IMG/VR virus record: IMGVR_UViG_3300020452_000548
Span: 16,545 to 80,544 of that record
DNA from: a virus
Reading direction: 5' to 3' (one strand)
Length of the DNA stretch: 64,000 nucleotides
This document shows positions 10,605 to 20,703 of this stretch, in pieces. The notes under the pieces were generated by a model that worked only from the letters and a program-made list of their open reading frames with translations, was not told the origin of the DNA and did not search any database. Position numbers and translations under genes: made by a program. Each line of letters begins with the position of its first letter. Position 1 is the first letter of the stretch.

Positions 10605-10944
10605 TCGTTTCATAATTAGTAGTGATCCAGATCATCATACAATAGAAACCAAAGAGGGCAACCTTGAGGTTTGGATTAAACCATTATCTTGGATTGAGCA
10701 ACAAGAAGCTCTTACTAAGTTCGTTGAGTTCAATATGGAGGGAGATGATATTAGCCCCCAATTGGATTTTGGCGGTTATTGGAAATATGTTCTAAACAAG
10801 TGTGTAGTGAAAACCGAGCCTCAAATCAAAAAGTCGGATCTGAATAAGCTAAAGCCTGAAGTCGGCTCAAAGCTACAGGCAGTATTGCCTAGCCTTACTC
10901 AATTGATGGAGAACATAGGTGGCGAAACATCCCCTTTGGGATAA
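10597..10944 (+). CDS. Tail assembly chaperone (lambda gpG analogue)
   Basis: Located between the tube and tape-measure genes and ends in a slippery site. Probable TTG start at 10597 after a GGTGA ribosome-binding site. Confidence 0.7.
   Translation: MSSRFIISSDPDHHTIETKEGNLEVWIKPLSWIEQQEALTKFVEFNMEGDDISPQLDFGGYWKYVLNKCVVKTEPQIKKSDLNKLKPEVGSKLQAVLPSLTQLMENIGGETSPLG
10932..10941 (+). other. Programmed -1 ribosomal frameshift site (C CCT TTG / T TTG GGA)
   Basis: Two overlapping, correctly phased X XXY YYZ heptamers just before the TAA. The -1 frame is open and continuous with the 10956-11312 ORF. Confidence 0.8.
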
Positions 10945-11312
10945 CCTTCCCCAACTTGAAGAAGTATATTGATAGTGAAGGGAAGGTCAATCCTTTCAGC
11001 AAGGAACAAACAAACGCCTTGACCTTTCAAACGATTAGATTTGTTCTTGGAACGCATTTTAATTGCCCACCTCATTCATGGGATGACCAACCATATGATC
11101 GTGTTATGCTCGATTATATGTTCGTGCAGGTGTCGCAAGAAAAACAGGCAGAAGCTTTGGATAAACAGCGTAAAGAGCAACAAAGGCAGTATAACAAAGG
11201 CAACAATAAAGGCGGGCGTGTTATACGGACTACCAGTGATGCGGGGGAGCTGGAAGATTTCTTTGATCGTGTCAATGCTGACATGAGGGGAGAGGGAGAT
11301 GGCGGCAGGTGA
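10932..11312 (+). CDS. Frameshift extension of the tail assembly chaperone (gpT analogue)
   Basis: The -1 frame reads ...GITFPNLKKYIDSEG... It has only a weak TTG start of its own and directly precedes the tape-measure gene. Confidence 0.7.
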   Translation, partial: PFGITFPNLKKYIDSEGKVNPFSKEQTNALTFQTIRFVLGTHFNCPPHSWDDQPYDRVMLDYMFVQVSQEKQAEALDKQRKEQQRQYNKGNNKGGRVIRTTSDAGELEDFFDRVNADMRGEGDGGR

Positions 11313-12918
11313 TTTTACAGCCGGGTTAAGTGGATTAGCCAACGCTATGGTTGGGATGAAAAAATCTAGCAAAGAAGCACAAGTAGCCGCATTGAAGTAC
11401 AAAGTTCTGAATACGACATTAGGGCCACTAACTGATATATTCATGAAGGCAAAACAGTATCTTATTCTGTTAGCTGAGGCATTTACAGACACGGATAAGA
11501 CCGTTGATGAAACAACAGAATCCGTTGAAGCGTTGAGTGACGCATTAAGCCCACTAACAAAGACGCTTCAAGCCATGAAAATGACGATTTTATTCCTTGT
11601 TGGAATATTTGCTTTGGTATCAACAGCTCTTGTGATATTTACAGGATCAATAGGAGGGGCTACGGCAGCGTTCCCTGAGTTCTTTGCCGCATTTGAAAAT
11701 ATTAAGGACTCTATAATGGAAGTCATTGGTCATCTTCAGACTATCGGAGCTACAATTCTTGCATTAGACTGGTCGCCTTTACTGAATGTAGCAACAGTAG
11801 CAATCATGGGTCTTATATCACTAATAATGCAATTCTATGTGTTTGCATTCAATGTAATTGCTATGGTAATTGGAGAGTTCGCTAGATTATTCACATATAT
11901 GGCCGAAACAGGTGCATTCCAAGCTATTATTGATGGCTATTCAGGCATTTTGACCGCAGTATTATTGGTCTTTGGTTACATTGGAGAGATATTGAATGCC
12001 TTCGGTATAAACTTTGATTCGGTGTTTGCGGCAGTATCAGCAATCTTTGGCGGTTTTGTTGATTTCATGATAAATAGCGGGTTATTGCTATTCTTTGCGG
12101 ATTTGATTGGTTGGATAGGTGCGGTTTTACCACCCTTTGTAATCGTAGTAGGGGAGATATTGGTTCTAACCGCAAAAGTTCTCGCATTCTTCTTAGGGCC
12201 AATTGCTGTTGGAATTGTTAGTGTAGTTAAAATCATCATAAATGTAATTGCGGGGGCAATAGCAATAGTAGTAGCTGCATTTAGAATCGCTTTTGCCGTG
12301 ATGAAAACAATTGCAGATGTATGGATGGCTATATTCACAGGGAATTGGCGTGACATACCGGGAATCATCGGTGGCTTGTTTAGCAAGGTTTTGGATATAG
12401 CCGGAGATTTGTTTGACTCTTTGGTAGCGATATTCATCAACATTGGGGAAGCGATTATCGCACCATTTGTGTATGTATTTGAAGAAGTAGCGGGCATATT
12501 CGAATCAATGTATGATGCAATAAAGGATCCAATAACAGAAGCTATTGATTATGTTATGTCCCCAATCAATGAGTTAATTGATGCAATTGACTCAATATCA
12601 TTAGGTGGCCTTATGGATGCGGGTGGTGGTTTGTTAGATAGTCTGAATCCGTTTGCTTCTGGGGGTATATCAAGAGGGCCAACAAGCGGATACCCTGTCG
12701 CATTACACGGAACGGAAGCGGTAGTTCCTCTTCCAGACGGTAGGACTATCCCTGTAACCGTCAAAGGAATGGGTGGCGGTAGTGGAGATAACATCACGGT
12801 TAATATCGCTGTGAAGGGTGGCGGTAATGCTAAGGATATAGCTAGAGCCGTCAGTCAAGAGGTTCAACGCACATTCAGAAATAGGTCAAGAGGAATGGGC
12901 TTCACAAGGGGTGTCTGA
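11299..12918 (+). CDS. Tape measure protein
   Basis: Long amphipathic/hydrophobic helical region with periodic F/W, C-terminal ASGG...GP..GY...LHGTEAVVPL motif typical of tape measure proteins, canonical gene position. Confidence 0.85.
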   Translation: MAAGDFTAGLSGLANAMVGMKKSSKEAQVAALKYKVLNTTLGPLTDIFMKAKQYLILLAEAFTDTDKTVDETTESVEALSDALSPLTKTLQAMKMTILFLVGIFALVSTALVIFTGSIGGATAAFPEFFAAFENIKDSIMEVIGHLQTIGATILALDWSPLLNVATVAIMGLISLIMQFYVFAFNVIAMVIGEFARLFTYMAETGAFQAIIDGYSGILTAVLLVFGYIGEILNAFGINFDSVFAAVSAIFGGFVDFMINSGLLLFFADLIGWIGAVLPPFVIVVGEILVLTAKVLAFFLGPIAVGIVSVVKIIINVIAGAIAIVVAAFRIAFAVMKTIADVWMAIFTGNWRDIPGIIGGLFSKVLDIAGDLFDSLVAIFINIGEAIIAPFVYVFEEVAGIFESMYDAIKDPITEAIDYVMSPINELIDAIDSISLGGLMDAGGGLLDSLNPFASGGISRGPTSGYPVALHGTEAVVPLPDGRTIPVTVKGMGGGSGDNITVNIAVKGGGNAKDIARAVSQEVQRTFRNRSRGMGFTRGV

Positions 12919-12920
12919 TA

Positions 12921-14204
12921 ATGCCGAAGATACAGCTCATTAGAAGGGATAGCTCAATTATCGAGTTAGATGCGAATACCATCACCTTTGATTTGAAAAG
13001 AAACACTACGGTTGCACCGATACCATTCTTAGGTCAGCGTTTTGGTATTGATACCAACCTAACCGATGTAGGAATCAGCATAGGTGGAATAGTTACAGAT
13101 GACGATAGCGAAGTATTGGGTACAGGGTCAGCTTTTACCATAGATCTATCTCAAGCTTCAGGAACAATCCCTAGCTCAACATGGTATGGGCAGTATTCAA
13201 CATCATCAGGTGCATGGAACACAGTAAAAGCAGATTTAGACGGTGTTGAGATTTCATTCAAATCAAAAGGGCAACTTGATGCAGGGCTAGGAGAAACTAC
13301 TGCCATAAGGCTCGCCAACGGCACTACAACATCAAGTGTAGGAGATAGTATAATCGGTGTAAATATCAGCTCAACGACTACATCAGACTCTCTTGCTACT
13401 ACTATTGTAAATGCACTCAATTCTGCAAGTATAACCATTGATGGTGCAACAACCGCCTTCACAACGGCCTTTTCCATATCTCAAGCCAAAGGCCAACAGA
13501 TGAATAATTCATATTTTCACCAAACAGGCGATATAAGCACCGTCTATAATGGCGAGCAGATCTTAATCAAGAATAAATCAATAGGATCGGGCGGAGATGT
13601 TGCGGTTTCAATTCAAAAAGGCGTGAATGCAGGTAGTAATACATACGCTTTGGTTGATGGTTCAAGAGCTAAATGGGATAAGTCGTTCTATGTTAGCAAT
13701 ATGACTGGTGGCGTTAATTCCAATAAAATGACAATGGGAGATAAGGTGCAAGAATTACTGAATCTTGCTAATATGTCTGCGGGTGGTGCTTTACTCTCCC
13801 CAAATACACTAACGGGCGATGTAATTGATTTGCCCGATAGCGTTGCATCTTTTGACGCATCAAGGTTCTTACAAATTGAAGATGCCGAAGTGGTGAAGAA
13901 GTATATCGTAGGTGTTCGAGTTCCTTATGAGTCAATAGCAAGTTCAAGCACAGGCCAAGAAGTATTGAGGCAATTCATAATACCCGCAGGGCCGGGAACA
14001 AACTATTCTGCCTCACAAAACACAAGAGAGTTTGACCCTGTGTCAATTGTAAATAACGAAAAAGTGCGACCCAACCCATATTTGGAACAGGGTGTTGCAT
14101 TACCTTGTACTCTTCTGACTTGGAATCCTTCATACGAAGCTGGCGATGGATTTTGGAGTTATGAATTGAGCTTGGCTGTTGTTGAGCAATTGGTCGGTAT
14201 TTGA
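12921..14204 (+). CDS. Tail tip / distal-tail-like structural protein
   Basis: Immediately follows the tape-measure gene; beta-rich; ends WSYELSL. Confidence 0.55.
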   Translation: MPKIQLIRRDSSIIELDANTITFDLKRNTTVAPIPFLGQRFGIDTNLTDVGISIGGIVTDDDSEVLGTGSAFTIDLSQASGTIPSSTWYGQYSTSSGAWNTVKADLDGVEISFKSKGQLDAGLGETTAIRLANGTTTSSVGDSIIGVNISSTTTSDSLATTIVNALNSASITIDGATTAFTTAFSISQAKGQQMNNSYFHQTGDISTVYNGEQILIKNKSIGSGGDVAVSIQKGVNAGSNTYALVDGSRAKWDKSFYVSNMTGGVNSNKMTMGDKVQELLNLANMSAGGALLSPNTLTGDVIDLPDSVASFDASRFLQIEDAEVVKKYIVGVRVPYESIASSSTGQEVLRQFIIPAGPGTNYSASQNTREFDPVSIVNNEKVRPNPYLEQGVALPCTLLTWNPSYEAGDGFWSYELSLAVVEQLVGI

Positions 14205-14205
14205 G

Positions 14206-17200
14206 ATGGGGTTGATTCGTTATCATGGTAAAGCCGTTAGGCTAAATGGCCTAACTGATGGATTAGTCGTGCCGACAGGCAAGTTCCGTGAATCGGGCAT
14301 AGATCTAAGACACCCTGCATTTGCCGCAACAGCAAAATCACCTAAGAGCGATGCACCAAGAATAGGTAGGTTGCATGAGCCTTCGATTTCTAATCCGTTG
14401 AATACGATTAGAGGTTCATTTACTATTGATGCGTGTATTATCCCAGATTATGGTGGTGTTGTTCTTGAAAAACCCGGACAATTCAAGCTAACCTATGGGA
14501 ATCCTTTTTCTTCTGGGCCGATGGTTTTTGATGTTATTACTGATGAACGCACATATCGCTTAGAAACCACATACAATGCACCTGTAGCTACTCAAAGCAA
14601 CTCAGGAACATATAGTGGTAGTGAGCATAAGCCACACGACCTTACTCTTGGAGAACAACCATTGGTAATGCTCACAGCTCAATTCACAAGGCAGTTCATT
14701 CGCTGTTATATCAATGGCGATCTTGTTGCTGAACAAAATCTCGCAGGTGAAAAACCGTTAGTAGCTGAGAAATCTTCTGACTTGTTTATAGGGGGTCAAG
14801 GTGGAGAGTTTAGGGGGATAATAGAGTCAATAAGATTGAATCGAGGGATTACAGACCCTAAATTAGAACCATTAACCAACAACGACACCACACTTGGACT
14901 GTGGTTATTTGAAGATGATTTTGAAATGCCCGATATTTACTTCTTTGATAATGCCCGTGCAGCAGTTACCAATCAAGGGAGAGATGGGCCGGATACTCAT
15001 GATGGTTTGATGCCTTTACCTATGGTAGCAGTAGGACATACATTCACAGGCGATAGCGGGACTACATTCAAGATCCGTGATTATCCAGCTAATCCCAATG
15101 CAAGTGTGGATCGTTATACCGCATTGGAAAAGTTAGCATCTTACATCACAGGCGTTGATTTGGAGGACATTAAGAATCAAACATGGTATGCTTCGGGAAC
15201 ATTGAGCTTAACCGATGCAGAATACTTTAGCGGGGTTGCCTCAACTTCATTAAATGCGATAATCAACCATTCTGGAACGCACCCACTAACTGGTCTTTGC
15301 ACCAGTCCGGCAAGCAAGATGATTAGGTGGTCTGATGATGTAGCAACAGCTTCAGCTACTGCGGTTGATATGAATCCCATGTCAATAGTTCCAGAAAGAG
15401 TTAGGATTACTGCAATAGATTTCGTAAATAGTAAATTGAGTTATACATCTATTCATTTGGCTAATGATGAGCAGAACAATGGTGTTGATAATCTCCCCGA
15501 AACCCAAAAGCCATTGTTCCCACCAAGCACGGATGCACTTGTATGGTTTGTATTAGGAAAATCCGATGTATTGATTGATCAAGGTAATGAGAATACCCAT
15601 GCAAGCGTAGGCGGTCAGAAAACAAGGGCAAAGGACACATTTACAAAATACACATTTACTCAGAATCAAAGATTCTCGGATAGCACCGAGTTCAACAATG
15701 ACGCATATTTCATATCTCCAAAAAGTCGCACACTTTCATCAAATAGTGCTACTGTGTTAGCTGACCCTGCTGATACATATCCAGCTATGGGTGGTGTTAC
15801 ATCATACACATTGGTTGATGGTGATTTCTTCCTCAAAAAATTACCACAGCCCGATGAGCAGACGGTGAAGCAGACTGTTCAAGGAATTGCTAACTCGTTT
15901 GAATACATTAGCGATGATATGTCTATTGGCTCTATTATTGGGCAGAACGATATAGTCAAAGTTACTGAGAATGTATATTCTGGTGGAATTACAAGAGTTA
16001 CTAATACTTCGTCATCAGTATTAGCTACAGATGCAAGTAGCGTTCCTTTCAACAGGATAATTACGGAATCAGGAGTAGGGGCATACGCTACCAACAGCTT
16101 TTCTGCATCAACCCGTGATGAAATAGTCGCTTTGGCGGTTGAAGATATTAGGCCATTCATGCTAAAGGGCTTAGATACGGATCATACAGCTCAATTATCC
16201 AATGGCGTTCCCACCAATGACGCATACATCCGACACCTAACCCCAGAGAAGGAAGCTCGGATTGCAGTTATCAAATCACCAACCGCACTTGTTAGTGCAG
16301 GTGGCCCTTCGAAAGTGTTAGTCTATTATGATGCAATAGATTTGACTGGAGAAGTAGTAGCTGGAACAGGGTTTAATCTTAGAAGCGGAATCAACACCAA
16401 ACTTACGGGCTATCATGCAATAGGGAATACAGGCTATTTGGTCGTGCGTAAGACCGTTCCCTGTGGTAGTGCATACTTTGGCTCTAAGTCGCTCTCAGAA
16501 TGGCTTAGAAAGCCCTTTTCAAGCACACCTGCTAATCACAAAGACATACTATTCAAGATTACAGCTCCGGGCGGGCTGATTTCAGTTCCAACAGCATCAT
16601 TCAACGGCACATTCTCAAGCCATTCGCTAACAGCTTCACCGACAGGCGACATAACACCCTCTCCTTTCATCAATATCGAAGATTGCGTAGTTACAGTAGG
16701 CACGGGCATTCAAGGATATGGCCGACCCAAGCCCGTTCCAAGCACTAACACCCCCGATGACACAAGCAACTCGGAATACCATTCATTATTCATAGAAAAC
16801 ATACAACGGTCAAAACAGACCGATTATAGAGGGCAAACCCAAACACCTGCATCATTTAGACGGTCTAATCTAACAGGCTTTGATTTGATAGACAATGACC
16901 TCAAAACAGACGAGAGCTTAGTCTTAGTCCATCCAGCTAAGAGAAGCAGATTTGCTACATTAGACGATATACTGACTACAAGAGATGGGGGTGGCAATTC
17001 ATCAACCGCTATAATTGAATTGAATCTTATGAAAGGAAGAATCGAAGAGGTAGCCCCTATATCTGACGATATGGGTACTACTCAATTGGTATTGAGGGGG
17101 CGTTCAATACTGATGGATATTGCAGATAGCAGGGCGATACGAGATTTTAATTTGAGTCAGGGTTCTCCGATTAAGGAAATAGGAGATTTAGGAACACCGA

Positions 17201-20200
17201 CTGTTAGCTTGACTTTAGGCGGATTAGGACAGGGCGGAATAGATATTCAACCCACATACACCGAACACCCGCTATTTCCCGGTTGGAAAGACAGGATAGT
17301 GGGTAGTGGTAATGCTTCAGTTAGGAATGACAAGCAAGCATCCACCTATTATGCCTCAACAAGAGCTATTACCGAAATACCATTATTCCCGTCTATGTTT
17401 TTCGATGTTGATTCAATTGAAAACTCGGATAACGATTCAAGGACACCGCTATCCTCAGTCCGATCCACTAAGATGAGTATTGATTGCACCATGACGGCAA
17501 CAAACAGACCTCAGATGAAAACATACGAAAGCAGGTTTTCTATTGATTGGGGGATGGCTGACGATGTGTCGTCAATTGAAATTACAGACCAGTATTGGGA
17601 TTTCCTTACGGCTGATACAGGCAGATGGATTTCAAGATGTCAAAGGCCATCGGTTCAAGGCGTTATCACGACTTACAATAGCGGTGTTTTCACACTGGAT
17701 GATGCTTCTGCATTTGCTAAATCTACTTTGGAGAGGGGTAGTGCAGATTATTGTGATAATACATTTTGGATCACAATAGGTGAAGGCCATCCTACGATTA
17801 ACGATGGCTTAGGTCAATTAGTAAAGGTCACATATACCAACGCCACTACTTTGACGAGAGTAAATGGAATCCCCATACGCCATCCAGTGACATTGGCCGA
17901 CCAAGACTCAACAACACCTAACGGGCTTTTTACAGGTTCTGTAGCTACATTGGGCGGATACATACACTTGGGCGTAGGGTATGTGCAAAACGCAGATGGT
18001 AGTAACAGCTCAACCGCAGTAACAAATGCAGACTTCATAGCTAGTTTGGCTGATGTAATTGCAGCTTACAACTCAGCACATGGTACACCAAGCTCGTTAG
18101 ATGGTTATGAGTTCTCAAAATTAGCACCATTGTTAGCTGAAGAAATGGCTACCGCAGCTTGTAATTTGTTAGGCAAGACTTCATCTGCAAGACAACAAGA
18201 CCCCGATAATGTAGCTCGATACCTAATCAAAGAAGGCCCTAACATGGAAGCCTTTGATTGGGATATAGCTGAGGTTCAAGAAGCATCTGCTGACCGTTAT
18301 ACCGATCCTCCAGTCATAATGAAATGTAGCCACCTTTCATTGAAAGGCAAAAAATCCGATGGTTCTGCATTGGACTATGTTCGACCATTAGAGCTAGATT
18401 TCAACGATATTGCCGTCAAAATGGGCGACTTCAATCTATGTGTTGAAGAAGTCATTAGGCGAATCAACATGGCGGGCCATCCCCAAGCTAAGAATAGTCA
18501 AAGTGGTAGTGCCTTTGACCCGCCACCTTTGTTTGCTACGACTAATGCAGATACAGGAACGCACATGGGGTATGTTCGAGCTTTCATGGGCAAGGATACT
18601 GAGAGTAGAGATGGTGAAGCAGGGGCTTCAATTGTAATACACAGTACCGTTCCCGGTGCAACAGGCAGAAACTTCTGCGTACACATCAACAACAACACAC
18701 CCTATGCCTACAAACCAGCTACGGTAATAGGGTATGGGGGGTTGTCGGCTAACAATAGTAGGTCGTATCACCCCAACTCATTCCCTGCACCGTTACCGAT
18801 AGGTTCGGATGGAGAAACCTATGTACCTATATCCACATTTAGAGGCGCACCGCACGGCTCTATACACGATGCCGAGGGCAACATAAGGTCATACGATGGG
18901 TTAGGTGGCGTATGCAAGATAAAGACAGTCGCAACTCCTTCCGTTGTTCAAACATCCGATGGAAATACATACGCACTATGGAACGGCAAAATGGTATTTC
19001 CTCAAGCAAATGTATCATCAGCAGTATCAACAGGATATATCTCAGGATTAGCTGTTAGCATAAAAACTGAGGATTGGATGAAGAGGATAGGGGCATTGAC
19101 TTCTGCTGCTAACAAAGGCATAATGAGAGTAAAAGGTCAATTAGCCGATTTTGAATACATCAGTCAATCGGTAGGTTCGGGAACATCAACAAACGCATTC
19201 TATATCCACAAGATATATCCCAGAGAGGATTTGGATTCTTTCTATCAGATATTCTATGAGGATGTAGGAGATGCAGCTACGGAGATTAACAACATAGATG
19301 TTGAGATTCTTTGGCCTCGCCTCGATCCCAATGGGATAGTGTTCTTTGGTGGCGGTCATACGGGTGTGGTGCTTGATATAAGCGATGGAACGGCAAATGA
19401 TTACTCATCGGACTACAAACACTTCCTATCTAAAGGCCCTACCGGATTTAGCGGATTCCAAAACCTACACGAAACATCAACAGCTTCAGCCGTTCTTGAT
19501 TTTACAGACATAACAAATGAAGATACGATAAACGAAAACACCCTAAGAGGATTCCATCACAAGTTAATCGTGGATAGTTCTGGTAACATGGTTGATGGTT
19601 GCCGAGTATATGTGAGGATGAATGAAACGGTTGCATCGGGTTCTCATAGTCAGAACAATGCCCAAATGACTGAGGACATATATGGATCCCCGATTCGTGT
19701 AACAGGAACAGGTGCTAATTTCACGCTTGTAAATGGCCCTGCAAATAGCGTTGATAGTGCAGATAAAGGCATTCAGTTTAATGATGGCGGAACAGGAGAG
19801 AAAGACCAGTGTATTGCGCTATACAATTACAATTCGGGTGTAGAAGCTGAGTATGGGCCAATGGCAGATTTTGATTGCCGGACTGATTTTTCAATTAGTG
19901 CATTCTTTAATCAGGGGTCATTATCAAATCCTACTTGTGGGCCAATAATCTCCGGTTTAGATTCCAATGGTCGGCCTTGGGGTTTGTTTTTAGCTGGAAA
20001 GAATGCGGGTGTGAATCAGTATATCCAAGTCGCCTTCTGTTATGCCACATCATCGGGTAATAAGAAAGTGGTTTTTAATGATGTAGATAGGGGCGGGCTG
20101 AGAATAGATCGTGACGCATGGTCTTGTGTTGTTGCATCTAAGTCAGGCGATAACGCAACAATCTATTTGGCTAACGCAACGGGGTTGAAGTTCGGTGGCA

Positions 20201-20703
20201 ACAACATAGGCGGTTCATGGGATATTGGGACTGTTAATTTAACAGGAATGCAAGACATTACCACATCTCGAAGAGTTCACGATGGGGGTTCTTTGAGTAA
20301 TGAAGTGAATGTATCTACTACTTCTTCATCTTCGGCTCTCTATGTTGCAGCATCCATACCCTCAGCTCTCGGCACTACTGCTGCAACAAAGATGAGTTTG
20401 ATTGGCGTTTCTGCATTGAAGAAAATTAGTTTCGGTTCTTCAACAACTACGAATATGATTGGAAAAATGTATCAACATCCCTATGATGCAATAACAAGCA
20501 GTTCCTATGTGGAGATGAGTCATATAGCCAAGAAAGGTTCTGATGGCACATTCATAGACGCATCCGATGGGGCTAATGATGGAAGAATGGATATTAGCGA
20601 TACCCTCTTCTTTTCGGGAACGCTATCAAATGTAGCAATACATAATTATCCATTGACACAAGCCGATGCAACGGCTTTATGGGATGCTAAGGGGGTATGG
20701 TGA
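14206..20703 (+). CDS. Giant tail tip/baseplate protein with LamG (concanavalin A-like) domains
   Basis: N-terminal LamG pattern (FTIDA...CYINGDLV...LFIGG...FRGIIESIRL...TLGLWLFED) and a C-terminal LamG-like end (FSGTLSNVAIHNYPLT). Likely start is the ATG at 14206. Confidence 0.65.
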   Translation: MGLIRYHGKAVRLNGLTDGLVVPTGKFRESGIDLRHPAFAATAKSPKSDAPRIGRLHEPSISNPLNTIRGSFTIDACIIPDYGGVVLEKPGQFKLTYGNPFSSGPMVFDVITDERTYRLETTYNAPVATQSNSGTYSGSEHKPHDLTLGEQPLVMLTAQFTRQFIRCYINGDLVAEQNLAGEKPLVAEKSSDLFIGGQGGEFRGIIESIRLNRGITDPKLEPLTNNDTTLGLWLFEDDFEMPDIYFFDNARAAVTNQGRDGPDTHDGLMPLPMVAVGHTFTGDSGTTFKIRDYPANPNASVDRYTALEKLASYITGVDLEDIKNQTWYASGTLSLTDAEYFSGVASTSLNAIINHSGTHPLTGLCTSPASKMIRWSDDVATASATAVDMNPMSIVPERVRITAIDFVNSKLSYTSIHLANDEQNNGVDNLPETQKPLFPPSTDALVWFVLGKSDVLIDQGNENTHASVGGQKTRAKDTFTKYTFTQNQRFSDSTEFNNDAYFISPKSRTLSSNSATVLADPADTYPAMGGVTSYTLVDGDFFLKKLPQPDEQTVKQTVQGIANSFEYISDDMSIGSIIGQNDIVKVTENVYSGGITRVTNTSSSVLATDASSVPFNRIITESGVGAYATNSFSASTRDEIVALAVEDIRPFMLKGLDTDHTAQLSNGVPTNDAYIRHLTPEKEARIAVIKSPTALVSAGGPSKVLVYYDAIDLTGEVVAGTGFNLRSGINTKLTGYHAIGNTGYLVVRKTVPCGSAYFGSKSLSEWLRKPFSSTPANHKDILFKITAPGGLISVPTASFNGTFSSHSLTASPTGDITPSPFINIEDCVVTVGTGIQGYGRPKPVPSTNTPDDTSNSEYHSLFIENIQRSKQTDYRGQTQTPASFRRSNLTGFDLIDNDLKTDESLVLVHPAKRSRFATLDDILTTRDGGGNSSTAIIELNLMKGRIEEVAPISDDMGTTQLVLRGRSILMDIADSRAIRDFNLSQGSPIKEIGDLGTPTVSLTLGGLGQGGIDIQPTYTEHPLFPGWKDRIVGSGNASVRNDKQASTYYASTRAITEIPLFPSMFFDVDSIENSDNDSRTPLSSVRSTKMSIDCTMTATNRPQMKTYESRFSIDWGMADDVSSIEITDQYWDFLTADTGRWISRCQRPSVQGVITTYNSGVFTLDDASAFAKSTLERGSADYCDNTFWITIGEGHPTINDGLGQLVKVTYTNATTLTRVNGIPIRHPVTLADQDSTTPNGLFTGSVATLGGYIHLGVGYVQNADGSNSSTAVTNADFIASLADVIAAYNSAHGTPSSLDGYEFSKLAPLLAEEMATAACNLLGKTSSARQQDPDNVARYLIKEGPNMEAFDWDIAEVQEASADRYTDPPVIMKCSHLSLKGKKSDGSALDYVRPLELDFNDIAVKMGDFNLCVEEVIRRINMAGHPQAKNSQSGSAFDPPPLFATTNADTGTHMGYVRAFMGKDTESRDGEAGASIVIHSTVPGATGRNFCVHINNNTPYAYKPATVIGYGGLSANNSRSYHPNSFPAPLPIGSDGETYVPISTFRGAPHGSIHDAEGNIRSYDGLGGVCKIKTVATPSVVQTSDGNTYALWNGKMVFPQANVSSAVSTGYISGLAVSIKTEDWMKRIGALTSAANKGIMRVKGQLADFEYISQSVGSGTSTNAFYIHKIYPREDLDSFYQIFYEDVGDAATEINNIDVEILWPRLDPNGIVFFGGGHTGVVLDISDGTANDYSSDYKHFLSKGPTGFSGFQNLHETSTASAVLDFTDITNEDTINENTLRGFHHKLIVDSSGNMVDGCRVYVRMNETVASGSHSQNNAQMTEDIYGSPIRVTGTGANFTLVNGPANSVDSADKGIQFNDGGTGEKDQCIALYNYNSGVEAEYGPMADFDCRTDFSISAFFNQGSLSNPTCGPIISGLDSNGRPWGLFLAGKNAGVNQYIQVAFCYATSSGNKKVVFNDVDRGGLRIDRDAWSCVVASKSGDNATIYLANATGLKFGGNNIGGSWDIGTVNLTGMQDITTSRRVHDGGSLSNEVNVSTTSSSSALYVAASIPSALGTTAATKMSLIGVSALKKISFGSSTTTNMIGKMYQHPYDAITSSSYVEMSHIAKKGSDGTFIDASDGANDGRMDISDTLFFSGTLSNVAIHNYPLTQADATALWDAKGVW

